A DNA stretch of 64,000 nucleotides from a virus (Duplodnaviria > Caudoviricetes): IMG/VR virus record IMGVR_UViG_3300025000_000057; one strand, written 5' to 3'. This document shows, one piece after another, positions 48,401 through 57,755 of this stretch. The position numbers and the translations under genes were made by a program. The first letter of the stretch is position 1; each line of letters begins with the position of its first letter. The notes beneath the pieces were generated by a model. That model was not told the DNA's origin and made no database searches. It saw only the letters and a program-made list of their open reading frames with translations.

Positions 48401-51400
48401 CGTTTCACAAGGAGCTACCGTAGCTATCGATTCGTCACTAGAACTCCATATAATATTCTTATTTGTAGCATCACTCGGAGTTATGGAATAATATACATTC
48501 ATCGTATCAATACCCAAGTTGGCAGGGTAAACACCGAATGTATATGAAGATAAATTAAGACTAAAACTTATAACTGCTGTCGTTACGGTAATAATACAAG
48601 TATCATTTAAATAAGATCCGTCACTAGTTCTTGCCGTAATGATACAGGTACCTATACTTACACCTCGTACTACTCCGTTACTATCTACAGTAGCGACATT
48701 TGTATTATCACTACTCCATGCGAGAATCTTGTTAGTAGCGTCAACGGGTAATATAGTATGCATTAACGTATGTGTCTGATCAATTCTTAAAGATTGCATC
48801 TCTTGATTTAAATACATGTTGGTTATAGGAATCGCAACCGGATCGGGTGGTAATACCGTAACGTAAATACCGGTGTTTACGTTCGTATCAGCATTACATG
48901 TAAGACTAATATAACCACTCCCAGCATGTATAGCTGTTATTACTCTATTTTGATCAATATTAACGATATCGGGATTTGCATTATACCAAGTAATGCTTTT
49001 ATCCGTAGTATAAATTGGATATACATCGTATTCTAATGTAAATACCTCGTTAATTCTTAAAGAAAGTTCATAAACGTTTAAAACTATATTTCTTGGAAGA
49101 ACCGGTGGAACAATTACTGGTTCAACAAATAAGGTATTTGGTAGTTTTATAACTGGAACTACATGATGTAGTTCATCAACATTGACATAATACTCCTCAC
49201 CATAAGAAGTGCTAGGACAGAAAATACCCTGTGTTGTAGTTCTACCGCTCATTATCCATAACGAAGGTATGTCTTTAAAAACAAGATTCATTAAATCGCT
49301 ACCGTCGTCTGGAATTGTTATCTTATAATCAGCATCGTAATCATCAGCAATTAAGATTAGATTTTGTTCATCAGTAGTAAATGTATTATAGAAATTATTA
49401 TTGAGATAGTAAGCTACATTGTCAGGATCGGTTGGAATATACTCCACCTCGTCACCTGGACTTTTATCAAATGCCATAGGAGGTAACGGAGTTTTTAACA
49501 TAGCCTCACAACTAGTAGAATCGGGATGATTAACGAATATCCATGATCTACCAGAGAATATAAATTCATCTCCTGCTCTAAAATCGGTTATACGTACGTA
49601 TCCGGGCGGCCCTTGTATTACAGTAACACTCATGCTATCACTTGCATGTGAGGCATCATTGGCCGTAATAGTAATATTACAAGTACCTACACCTACAGCT
49701 TTTATTCTTCCGGTAATACTATCTACAGTAGCTATACTAGTATTAGAACTACTCCATGTAACACTCCTATCTGTAGGATTAGTAGGTAACATTTCATATC
49801 CAGGACTAGAGTATCTACCTATTTCTAAATATAAACTACTTATATTAAGAGTTATACTATCTACCAAAACGATACTGGTATCTACTTTCTCTACAAGCAT
49901 AGTCTTGTTCAAGTAAATTTGCGGAACAACATGACACGGTGAAGTAACATTAGTATATATATTCTCGCCTGGACTACCTGGATAATAAGCATATCTTCCA
50001 CCTATACCGTAACTCCAACTCCAAAGTGAAGGTATGTTCTTATAAACATTATCAAAAAGTTCTTTATAACTAGCAGCACTAGGTAGTTCTACTTTAGAAC
50101 AAAATGTAGGATTAATAAGTAAACCTTTTTCCTCTACTGTAAACGTATTATAGAAAGTATGGTTAAGATAGTAAGCTATATTATCAGAATCATCTGGATT
50201 ATAATATTTGTCATTTACATCATTATCAAATGCCATAGGGGCTAATGGAGTTTTTAATATAACCCTATCATATGTAGTAACCTCTTCGAGAAGTATCCAT
50301 ACTCTACCTGAGAATATGAATTGATCCCCTTCTTCTAGTTCACTTAATGGTAAGATTTCATTAGCTTTGCTACTGAATATGGGTTCTTTTATTATATCTA
50401 TAGATACCGGTTCTATTATAGATTCTGCAGCTGTAGAAATCGTTACAGTACCATATTCATTAATAGTTACATGAACCCATAAAAGCGTACCCTGGCCCGG
50501 CTTGCCAACTGCTATATTAGTCTCTCCCGGACTCATACCGTATACAACACCATCACTAGTGACGATAGCTATGTTAGGATGACTACTGGTAAACTCGACA
50601 AGATGGTTTATATTACGAGAACTACCGTCGCTATACTCTTCTATTATTTCAAGTCGCTGTCCAGTATTAATATTCTTTAGCAGCTTAGATAATGAGTAAA
50701 CAAGTAACTTATTATCCTGATCGTTAGATATACTAAGACGTACAGGGTTATCAAATATATAGGAGCCGAGTTGTGTAGCTATAGGTGTAGTATCAAATAG
50801 AGTTTCAAGCCGGGAGCTAATATCTGTTGTGATATCGGTTAGTCCCGTCCAGGTAACGGTAAAGTTATCATCATAAATAGTAATCTTGGCGCTATTTAAT
50901 ATAGACAAGATATTACTTGGTACTATGGTACCGCCATGATCGATATAACGCGACAGAATTTCACCAAGTGTTAAATTAATATATAAGTCATTACCAATTT
51001 GAACATGAGCTATTTGTGGCGTACCTGTAATAGTAGGCAGCCATAAATACATAATCCCTTCTCTGTCGGTAATCTCGTAACTTTTATTACCCGTATCTAC
51101 CTTTAAGGTATATGAGACAAGAGCGAAATCATCTACTATCATTTCCCAATTTATCCCACTTGCTAATACATCATCGACAATTCTTTGGACACCTATACTA
51201 TCAAAGTTAATATTGACAGTATAATCAATATCACTTGAATCACAACTCTGATAGAAAACGTCGGAAGTTACTTTAATATTAGCAGATATTTTATCAGTAA
51301 CTTGACCACAAACATCTATGACAGCTCGTGCTTCCGGTATTGCCTTTAGTATTAGTTTGAGCTGACCGGGGTCGTAATTATAATAATTACCTTGTGTGTA

Positions 51401-52906
51401 AAACTGATAAGGTAGTATTTTAACAGGGTAATAATTAAACCCTTTTAATACTTTTCTTTCTACATCTAATACAATTTCAAATGCTGTATAACTAGAGATA
51501 CAGTTGTGACCAAGATTATCAACATATTGCTTAACCCACGAATCTGTTACATACCAATCAGTACTACTTGCCATAGCGGATACAGGTAACTGAGCTTCGT
51601 CAGAGAGATATTGCTCCATCGTATCAATAATAGGGGCACTATTAGCCTTTGTAAGAATTCCCTTTACAAATAGATCAAGACCATCACCTACACCACTTTT
51701 GAAAGCTTTAATACGTCCTTGTGGTATATAGTGAGCATTATGTTCAATTGGACACTCAACAATTGGTTTAAATGTCATAGATACTAATTGGATAAATACG
51801 ATATCCGATAGTTCACTTACTCCGAACTCGTTATAAGCCTGGAGACGTCTTCTATAAGTAATATCGGTATCAAGATTCTCTTCGCTGAAATACCCAACGC
51901 CGCCAGGTATATTATGAAGTATTGTGCCATCTTCATCACAAATATAAAATTCATCTACATTACCATTATCAATCCATTGATAAACAATGGAGTTAGGCCC
52001 GGATGCAGACCCGTTAAGACTTGGCTTACTTGGCTTTAATTCATGTACAGTATCAGGAATAACTACGACTGCCTCATTAGTAAATTCACTTGTCTGCTCA
52101 TCCGTAACCACTCTTAACCTTCTGCTATAAATACCTGGCACGAGTTCTATCTCTGTACAACTACAATTATCGCTATCAAATGATTTTAACAATTCGTCGG
52201 TTATACCATCATATAAGTTGTAGTGACCTTTAGGGCCCGTGTAATTCCAACTCCACAGAATACCCGATAAACTAAGACAACGTCCCTTTAAACCGTAAGG
52301 AGAGCTATCTGATATAGAAGGTAATGTTATATCAGCAAAAGTACTGGCAATTCCCATACCGGCAGAATTATACCCGGCAACTTTTCTTTTAATCGTCCGT
52401 CCATTACAAGTCACCGGTTCTATCCACTCGCTACTATTCTTGGGAAGTTCCTTTAATATCGTATTATTCTCATCTAGGATACAATACTTTTGCTCGTTTA
52501 ATATATCAGACCATGTCCACCTAACACCGCTATAATCCGGTAGCAGCACTCCGGTAAAGTTTGCCGGCGCGAGAGGCGGTGCGACAATAGGAGTGTAGTA
52601 TCCATAAATATACTCGTTACTTTTAGCTGTTGCTATTTGTCCATCAGAAAAACAGACCGCGACAGGTACCATACTATCGGTCAAATGGATGTAATATTGA
52701 TTAACATTAATGTTTTCAGCATTTAGTTTATGCTTAGTGGCAAATTCATCTATAGCCGGTTTTAAAAGTTCACCTACGGTTAAATTACTAAGCTTAATCT
52801 TAGATAATTCTGTTACCGTATTATCTACCTGCGCAGGTAGCTCTACGGTAATGTAAATACTCCCGGGTGTAATTTCGGCATATATATGAGCTACGAAGTA
52901 GTTCAC
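42458..52906 (-). CDS. Giant multidomain virion/adhesin-like protein (3482 aa): FN3, Big_2 repeats, two DUF6273-like domains, Gly-Tyr-Pro tract, Big_1-like C-terminus
   Basis: 10.4-kb ORF; repeated P.NAT.K.V.WSS.N..VA.V...G; ANGIDQA.I.A.V.D..GNP pattern near the C-terminus. Confidence 0.9.
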   Translation of the reverse strand: MNYFVAHIYAEITPGSIYITVELPAQVDNTVTELSKIKLSNLTVGELLKPAIDEFATKHKLNAENINVNQYYIHLTDSMVPVAVCFSDGQIATAKSNEYIYGYYTPIVAPPLAPANFTGVLLPDYSGVRWTWSDILNEQKYCILDENNTILKELPKNSSEWIEPVTCNGRTIKRKVAGYNSAGMGIASTFADITLPSISDSSPYGLKGRCLSLSGILWSWNYTGPKGHYNLYDGITDELLKSFDSDNCSCTEIELVPGIYSRRLRVVTDEQTSEFTNEAVVVIPDTVHELKPSKPSLNGSASGPNSIVYQWIDNGNVDEFYICDEDGTILHNIPGGVGYFSEENLDTDITYRRRLQAYNEFGVSELSDIVFIQLVSMTFKPIVECPIEHNAHYIPQGRIKAFKSGVGDGLDLFVKGILTKANSAPIIDTMEQYLSDEAQLPVSAMASSTDWYVTDSWVKQYVDNLGHNCISSYTAFEIVLDVERKVLKGFNYYPVKILPYQFYTQGNYYNYDPGQLKLILKAIPEARAVIDVCGQVTDKISANIKVTSDVFYQSCDSSDIDYTVNINFDSIGVQRIVDDVLASGINWEMIVDDFALVSYTLKVDTGNKSYEITDREGIMYLWLPTITGTPQIAHVQIGNDLYINLTLGEILSRYIDHGGTIVPSNILSILNSAKITIYDDNFTVTWTGLTDITTDISSRLETLFDTTPIATQLGSYIFDNPVRLSISNDQDNKLLVYSLSKLLKNINTGQRLEIIEEYSDGSSRNINHLVEFTSSHPNIAIVTSDGVVYGMSPGETNIAVGKPGQGTLLWVHVTINEYGTVTISTAAESIIEPVSIDIIKEPIFSSKANEILPLSELEEGDQFIFSGRVWILLEEVTTYDRVILKTPLAPMAFDNDVNDKYYNPDDSDNIAYYLNHTFYNTFTVEEKGLLINPTFCSKVELPSAASYKELFDNVYKNIPSLWSWSYGIGGRYAYYPGSPGENIYTNVTSPCHVVPQIYLNKTMLVEKVDTSIVLVDSITLNISSLYLEIGRYSSPGYEMLPTNPTDRSVTWSSSNTSIATVDSITGRIKAVGVGTCNITITANDASHASDSMSVTVIQGPPGYVRITDFRAGDEFIFSGRSWIFVNHPDSTSCEAMLKTPLPPMAFDKSPGDEVEYIPTDPDNVAYYLNNNFYNTFTTDEQNLILIADDYDADYKITIPDDGSDLMNLVFKDIPSLWIMSGRTTTQGIFCPSTSYGEEYYVNVDELHHVVPVIKLPNTLFVEPVIVPPVLPRNIVLNVYELSLRINEVFTLEYDVYPIYTTDKSITWYNANPDIVNIDQNRVITAIHAGSGYISLTCNADTNVNTGIYVTVLPPDPVAIPITNMYLNQEMQSLRIDQTHTLMHTILPVDATNKILAWSSDNTNVATVDSNGVVRGVSIGTCIITARTSDGSYLNDTCIITVTTAVISFSLNLSSYTFGVYPANLGIDTMNVYYSITPSDATNKNIIWSSSDESIATVAPCETNYSRVTARNYGQCIITGTTEDGGLTDSIVVTIVDPTIHVTNVWINPEYVDTVSNQSYITLSLGILPFNAADRSVTWSTSNSNVAVPDPNVSGRINIIGPGECTITVRTNDGGLTDSSIITVTPAIYVTGITLTPDRIDTNIGQSSVMLTATVSPSNATNKSITWSTSNSNVVVPDSAVSGKVNITGPGECLVTVRTDDGGFTDSSLINVDSRIPVTWISVAPGIATLSRFETQALTATIYPTNATNKNVRWSSDNPIVATVDDNGIVTGAWYGYCTIIATTEDGEYTDTCVVSIPYIGITNIETEYEAIYCNITESVNLFNYVNIYPANATEQIVWHCDIPGIISIDEYGNITCISGGSVRITGTCTNGTQVSFEFTVDTTLVPTLVRVIAVPASITLPAGVGVTIPSYMKLNVKGVTLNWTRKDVLSFGLFGDNVLGWWSGDIIEVPEHHVKTYVSTISDVYDWRGPAVGPLFGSEINGPLNVFGITVKEIIANEFPDIDQNTVTNIKVDGHGINNDMVVVFMDEDYVWAYTTGQKDSCHVPYRFAWSVDMIGSDGITTYNVNVGPFYSEITKCNQLHKITGHSLRRHINEKALAALKASYPNFNISPLELVDVTLTPRMPVDVFWKLDETERVTVWTTHETFVSNYQHTYPVILDKDIIITPDSTSDNPLNVSINTLTELFIDWYNNSPIYYPFAKPLSYTIAIGSTEWGRRKLKFDTIQPVPDPEGIWDPNNSSPLEIWYDGIGTYTGQATGVECKAKRDEDGIVHVFTSNGISLVNSTGEVYSGEEVVKWSAHIQDSNGLGLLSWAADNQVDLSTLFTGVIASIWFRNLPGAVTNEINLASSEPIEVEYVVKDQVTIPWSLDVNVEYSVAVASSYGGIAFTSISNPNVPLSSAYRRVLPTESIIAHVEEVSRIETGILKSDVKVARINGLEPFNQNGSGWVPFEGVCNAPEPLNNWFNVKYGVMFPDIVLPDINLEFFWNNYNNYNTVPVNGESFTIKYYHIELKPDGYEKSWVEQILKRTKENMYCCGCAAGFDSYGIGGGSIGGSIGGSYPGGAIGGGTGSYPGGIGYPGGYPGNYPGAYPGGYPGGGSYSGGYYTTPVAPGSIYAPVKPWISPGGQNLPGGTDISWENGLIRIRIPSYPGEDFDINLNTDDPNIEFEIDHIDESEPGWRTYYLNLKTIIPELGRWNPLIKSGYYYLGSDEYYLFVDTRPEAKPIVIKEFDTESIKLEIIFETDAEQNADSQVIGHVVENFAAGVTTGGVIINNENKSLTLNQSNTGWQAGIFTSDWISVSSGIQEWKYFEAKGYIPQGSLNTEVRFKVNGEISNWYLIANGTKPLVPMGTEIQYRLIMQQGTIQVPNNTEFAWDGNMLSDIECHNVVINDEGYITAQDLLSDMVLISNPISSESLSKFIHKWDILWIDGWVPEGSILELNTSTSSSIMGPWNEWVLVDDVTGFIKSTQEPYIKWKVVARKGDGRQAPVIERIVLGAVATMEDIFPPYIGSVRIELSRPQGIYPTDVKINKSAALKTDGLFYDITEGKTLKQMVDEYIYLNEAEYENVRRYRVFGPVGVEFRYDSNGTTSVHAAIKEVRKIDVTITDNFVLDTANEIEVYPVPRQGAPIVVYDNREEPLRQVFFTDSDGKPTLINTEIIIGDGTNRVDLAHMGIDPNSLDIAIDWTGFDKWESVDIEDVILYDSIIWLAYKVSENTKIRVRYCLTGSFYVDYNYKPENDLIKIKVYDPVLGLDRKIKVYYETNNWSSYYKAEEVNLNPIMSIEEGRFLFISDRIPVPTTIDIHVSPDTLLGNGIDQASIFAIVRDEFGNPIPHEPVSFTSTDGVVTPANTETNFNGVAIAKYIVPSKVITQAKQIVIKAHATGVETSKVVKLSPEAITGKLIITGPSILSSGVATLTITGTDGNYQPLNGDIKVVIGNKIHIYQLVSGKVGVEIPYETIPNKNKKLLIKAIKDNLITSFVMYVV

Positions 52907-52909
52907 TTA

Positions 52910-54037
52910 TTATTCACCCCCGTAATTCTCCCAACCCTTAACAGAACCATCACAAAAGCTAGGTATACAGGCAGTTCCAGAATTACTCGGATCGAAAGAA
53001 TCCCATACTCCCTGGTTCCACCTGAATTGTCCCCATTCTATGGGAACTCGATCTTTCACAAGCTGCACGTAATAACGAAGTCTTTTAGTAGCATCGCCAT
53101 CTGGTATGAATAGCTCATTCATAAACTCTCTATCAGACATATCCCAGAATAACCTTAAGTCTATACCTGCTGCATAAGTAACTACTCTTTTATATCCTTC
53201 AAATAATGGATCTCCAAGAAGTATTACTCGACCTCCAGAATCTATTTCATATTCGTAAGATTCTATTAACCGGTCGTCAATCATTATAGTATGCTCTGCT
53301 AAATACGGGCGACGGAGTATTAAATCTTTGCCGCCATTATGCCACACTTCCTTATACTTTAAAAGTAATTCCCTGGCTAATCCGTTAATCATTCCATATT
53401 TATTAGCACTTCCAGGAAACCTCATCACATCTAGAATACGTTCTTTATAAGAGGCATTCCTTTCCCCGTAAATACGAGGACAGGATAAGAGTAAACCAAA
53501 TTCGTCAAAGAAGTTCCATACGTGATGAAGAGAAAGTTTTAGGTTTTCATTAGCTAGTCTTTCACCGTTTTGCGAGTATATAGCAATCTGTACTTGTCCT
53601 TCTGGATGGTTATCATCTATATTGTAAGTATGTCTGGTGTATATAATCTTAGTTTCCCAATCGATGTAATAGGTATTCTGAAGTAATAACTCTGGTGTAA
53701 ATGTAGATTCTGTACTAAATCCTGAGAAGAACTCATCTAAAGTCTTAGCGGGTTCGAGTTGAATAGCATCTACCGATGCTATTGTGATCAAGAAATCTTT
53801 ATTTAATGATGCCGGCAATGTAGTTCTGTAACAAATATCGGCCTGGCCTATATCTGCCGTCAAGACATGAATTTGCCTCAATGCGTAATTTAAAACGTAT
53901 TCAGCTTCGTCGATTTCCATGCCTACAATGTTTAAGAAGTAGGCGCCAATAGATTCTTGAGGTTTCTTTTTAATCTTCCACCAGTAGGGAAGTTTTCCCA
54001 CGATATTCGAAGTAGCTTTAGCAAATCTCTCTGCCAT
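52910..54037 (-). CDS. Putative baseplate/tail structural protein (375 aa)
   Basis: Long ORF directly upstream of the giant gene; function inferred from context only. Confidence 0.65.
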   Translation of the reverse strand: MAERFAKATSNIVGKLPYWWKIKKKPQESIGAYFLNIVGMEIDEAEYVLNYALRQIHVLTADIGQADICYRTTLPASLNKDFLITIASVDAIQLEPAKTLDEFFSGFSTESTFTPELLLQNTYYIDWETKIIYTRHTYNIDDNHPEGQVQIAIYSQNGERLANENLKLSLHHVWNFFDEFGLLLSCPRIYGERNASYKERILDVMRFPGSANKYGMINGLARELLLKYKEVWHNGGKDLILRRPYLAEHTIMIDDRLIESYEYEIDSGGRVILLGDPLFEGYKRVVTYAAGIDLRLFWDMSDREFMNELFIPDGDATKRLRYYVQLVKDRVPIEWGQFRWNQGVWDSFDPSNSGTACIPSFCDGSVKGWENYGGE

Positions 54038-54057
54038 ATAAAGACCCCCATATAGAA

Positions 54058-54079
54058 ACAGTCCATTATAATGGACTGT
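54058..54079. repeat. Perfect 22-bp palindrome
   Basis: ACAGTCCATTATAATGGACTGT in the 54038-54145 intergenic region. Confidence 0.9.
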
Positions 54080-54145
54080 AATAAATAGTAATATTCGCTT
54101 TGTCTCTATTTATAAAGATACTACCACTAATCGGGTAGTAATTGA

Positions 54146-55999
54146 CTATAACCAGGCTATTATTAACGAAGTGTATCTCGCTCGTCTACCGGCAAGCATT
54201 CTCTGTACATTACCAAAGATATCTCGTTTATAATTAGGTACCTTGTCTGAATATACATCCTCTTCAACAATACCTATACATGGATCTTCTATGGTAGTAC
54301 CTATTACTAGATCTAGTATAGTACCTTCAGATAGGTAATGACTATAAGGTATGATTATCTCCTCGTGTACTTCCTCAATAACATCATCGGTATAATCATT
54401 AGGTTTAAGATCTCCAAAGATTATTGTCTCGATAAGGCCTGTATACTCGTACTTCTCGAAACTGGGTAACTGTATATCACCATCTAGCCAATCATCACAC
54501 GACATACCAGCTATATATTGAAGTTTACCGCTAGTTAATACTGATAGTTTAAGACCTGGTAAAAGTATATCATTAACCGGTAAATCAATTATACTGGCAC
54601 TTTCCAGTAATAACTGGGTTATTACTTTACAGATAGGTTGCCAATCTCCGAGTAGTAAGCCAGGAGTTATCATACCATCAAAAGCTAGGTTACCACCTGT
54701 CTGTATAATATTGTTAAGATTTTCTACTACAGATGTAATATCCATGACGACTTTAGATAAATTCCCGCAAAGAATGTCTGAAAGATATCCTTTGGAGGTT
54801 TTAATACGTTTCTTAAAGGTAATCTGTAGATATATGCGCTTTGTATAAAACTCTATCTCGTCTAAAATAGATCCCCAGTTACCATTCTGGCTTAGTTGAA
54901 TTCTGAGATAACGTTTACTCGTATTAATTTCGTATGAGAATCCCATTCCGTATGGAGGATTATTGTATATGACCCATGGTACAATAATAGTCCAATTGAT
55001 ACCGTCTTCCGAAACAGATATCTGATAGTTCGATGAAGCTTCGTCTCTCGCCTTTGGATATATAACAATAGTTTTTATAGGGTTATATCTTAACCAGTTT
55101 ATTATTGCTCCGAAATCGAAAGTTAATGTTGCGGCCCCTTCACTAAGCCAGTAATGATATCCATCACTATAGGAAAGAATACTGCCATTAAACATATTCC
55201 CCATATAATAAAAACCATTATTTATCCATACTCTTGCTGTACTATTTACCGTAACACCATTTGGTGCTATATAAGTCCGTTCCCCGCTACGACCTCCGTT
55301 ACCATTAGATAAATCTAGTTTACTCATGATAAAGTTCTGATTAAAATATATCCCTATCTTATAGTCAACGGTTTCAAGTATGTGATACGTAGCATCGAAT
55401 TTAGGAGTCGAAGTAATTACCGTATTCTCCATAAAAACCGAAGGACTAGAAGGAGCTACTAGTTTAATATCACCATAGCAATTCTTAAAAACTATACGAT
55501 TAATATCGTACGGATTAAAACATTCTATTGTATTTACCATTAAGTCGAATAAACAGTTAGTAAATCGTAACCATCCGCTTATGATAATAAAATCGGAATA
55601 AACAATATTGAAGAAGTTTCTAAAGACAACAAAATCGAATTCTATCTTACTATCATTACCTAGATAGAAGTAGTTAGCATAGGATTCTGTTCCTCTGGTT
55701 TCGAATATAAGATTACTAAATTTGCAATTGCTGTTAAAGTCAAAGTAACCCCATCCGCCGGTACAGCGTTTATAGCCTGGATCAAAGATTAGAATAGTAT
55801 TAATTCCTTCACCTACAATTGTAATATTATAGGCGGAATAGGCAAGTTGAGTAAGGGTATAAACTCCTATGGCAAGATGGATAGTACTTTCTATAGGATC
55901 TGCCATAGACCATGCTTTGTTTATTGTCAGATAAGGATGTCCAATAGAACCATCGTTACTATCGCTACCGGTTATGGAGTTAACGTATATATCGATCAT
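54146..55999 (-). CDS. Tail-associated protein: DUF1565-like/beta-helix N-terminus plus discoidin (F5/8 type C)-like domain
   Basis: YVNSITGSDSNDGSIGHPYLTINKA; YQISVSEDGINWT..RYLRI..ILDEIEFY; ATG 55999 behind GGAG. Confidence 0.75.
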   Translation of the reverse strand: MIDIYVNSITGSDSNDGSIGHPYLTINKAWSMADPIESTIHLAIGVYTLTQLAYSAYNITIVGEGINTILIFDPGYKRCTGGWGYFDFNSNCKFSNLIFETRGTESYANYFYLGNDSKIEFDFVVFRNFFNIVYSDFIIISGWLRFTNCLFDLMVNTIECFNPYDINRIVFKNCYGDIKLVAPSSPSVFMENTVITSTPKFDATYHILETVDYKIGIYFNQNFIMSKLDLSNGNGGRSGERTYIAPNGVTVNSTARVWINNGFYYMGNMFNGSILSYSDGYHYWLSEGAATLTFDFGAIINWLRYNPIKTIVIYPKARDEASSNYQISVSEDGINWTIIVPWVIYNNPPYGMGFSYEINTSKRYLRIQLSQNGNWGSILDEIEFYTKRIYLQITFKKRIKTSKGYLSDILCGNLSKVVMDITSVVENLNNIIQTGGNLAFDGMITPGLLLGDWQPICKVITQLLLESASIIDLPVNDILLPGLKLSVLTSGKLQYIAGMSCDDWLDGDIQLPSFEKYEYTGLIETIIFGDLKPNDYTDDVIEEVHEEIIIPYSHYLSEGTILDLVIGTTIEDPCIGIVEEDVYSDKVPNYKRDIFGNVQRMLAGRRARYTSLIIAWL

Positions 56000-56001
56000 T
56001 A

Positions 56002-57747
56002 CTATACATCTCCTGTCTGAACCCATATACAAAGATTTAACCAGATAGAAAGTTTCTCACTCCAGACTTCTTCTGGTATAGATTTAAGTTGCCAGAAGGC
56101 CATGCCATATATACTAACATCGTTAGTATTATATTCTATCCAAGTATGACTATTATGATCATAAGCTAACCAGGTATTTCTATTGTCAAAACTTAATAAG
56201 ATCTTAATATCGTATAACTGATTAGGGTCAATCTCTATATCTTCAATCGTAATAGTATCGCTTGTATCAATTCGGTTATTATCATCAGTTATCGTAATTT
56301 GTTGACTATCAATACAATATAGTTTTTCAGTATCGATTTGCTCTTCAGGTATAGTCTCTTGTCTATCGGATGATAGTATTTCTATTTCTATATCGACGGG
56401 CTTACTAGATTTTAAATCGCCCATTAAGAAGGTCAGCTTAATAATTTCGAAAGAACTAACGATAGTCTTAAACGTTAATGAATTTATAAACGAGGTATAC
56501 GTAGGCAATCTTGATATAATAACCAAACCTGCATTATACCATATATTTGTATTAATAATAGGGTTACGTAAATTACCAGCATACGAAGAACCGCCATATC
56601 CGCCCCTATTTATATCACCGGCCATACCACCGTAGTAGCCACCACCGCCACCACCGCCAATCTCTGGATGGTTTTGACCATTGCCTAATATTGTAGTTAA
56701 ATGCAAAGTTTCTCCACCGGAACTACCGGCGCTTAAATTCCCACCGCCGCCACCGCCACCAGCAACGATAATTCTATTTTCTAATTCTATACCGCCTCTT
56801 CTAATATCGGTAGCACCGCCACCACCTGCACCAGGCCCTAGCGGCCCGGCATTACCACCGCCATTCCATCCTCCACCTTCGCCAATAAAGCCCGTTCCAT
56901 CCCCGCCGACAAATATATATAACTCTTGACCGGAATCTAATAACATTTGACCACGAACATGACTACCAGAACCACCAGGGTAAGAATAAGCACCACCTAC
57001 AGCACCGAAAAGATCTAATTGATAAATTCCTGTAGTTGGTACAATAAAGGTCTGATAATTACCAGAACTATTAAATACCGCAGTTTCAACAGCTTCTTCT
57101 ATACCCAGTAAGGCAAGTAAAGTTATAGCAACCTTACCATATCCAGTACGAATTCCAGGGGTAGTGATACCGTTTAGAACTCCACCATAATAGGAGGAAC
57201 CTCCTCCACCGGAACTACCTCAAGTATATCCACCTCCGCCACCGTACCATCCACCTCCGCCACCAGAACCATGACTTATTCCATTACTACCGTAACCAAA
57301 GCTACCATATGTTCCACTTACTCCTCCTGAACTACCTCCTTGTGTTTGTGTACCTCCACTGCCAGTAGTTCCACCAATACCAATTAATCCACCACCAGCG
57401 CCACCTTGAGCTGTATGAGAGTGTCCAGCTCCGCCGCCAGCAACCAGGATACGGTCATTAAGAGTTTGTCCTCCTCTTCGTATATCGGTACCACCACCGC
57501 CGCCGCCATAAGGACTAGCAAAACCGCCTCCATTCCAACCAGTAGAATTAGGAGCTCCTATTCCTCCAATATATATATAAAGAGTTTCAGTATCCCCTAA
57601 GTTTAAAATACCAGAGGCGTAACCACCGGGAGCTCCATTATTACCACCCTGAGCGCCCCATGTTTCAAGCTTATATATACCGGGAGGTAGTGTTACTTCT
57701 TGTTGACTACCGGTATAGTTAAAATTAAATACTTGTAAATCCACCAC
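56002..57747 (-). CDS. Glycine-rich tail-fibre-like protein (581 codons) interrupted by one in-frame TGA at 57220-57222
   Basis: Track ORFs 57220..57747 and 56002..56946 share a frame; the 273 nt between are open and continue the Gly-rich repeat (FNYTG..Q....P..G.YKLE.WGA.GG). Confidence 0.8.
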
Positions 57748-57755
57748 ACTACCTC

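Noticed and set aside
49125-50350. DGR template/variable repeat pair
   Set aside because: Both copies are coding, too diverged, include indels, and differences are not adenine-specific in the stretch I compared; no RT in the window.
54100-54120. T4-like late promoter TATAAATA on the - strand
   Set aside because: Single AT-rich match, not seen consistently upstream of other late genes.
57190-57222. Selenocysteine insertion at the in-frame TGA
   Set aside because: The downstream stem (GGAGGA/TCCTCC) is explained by Gly/Ser codons; not a redox context; no tRNA-Sec seen.
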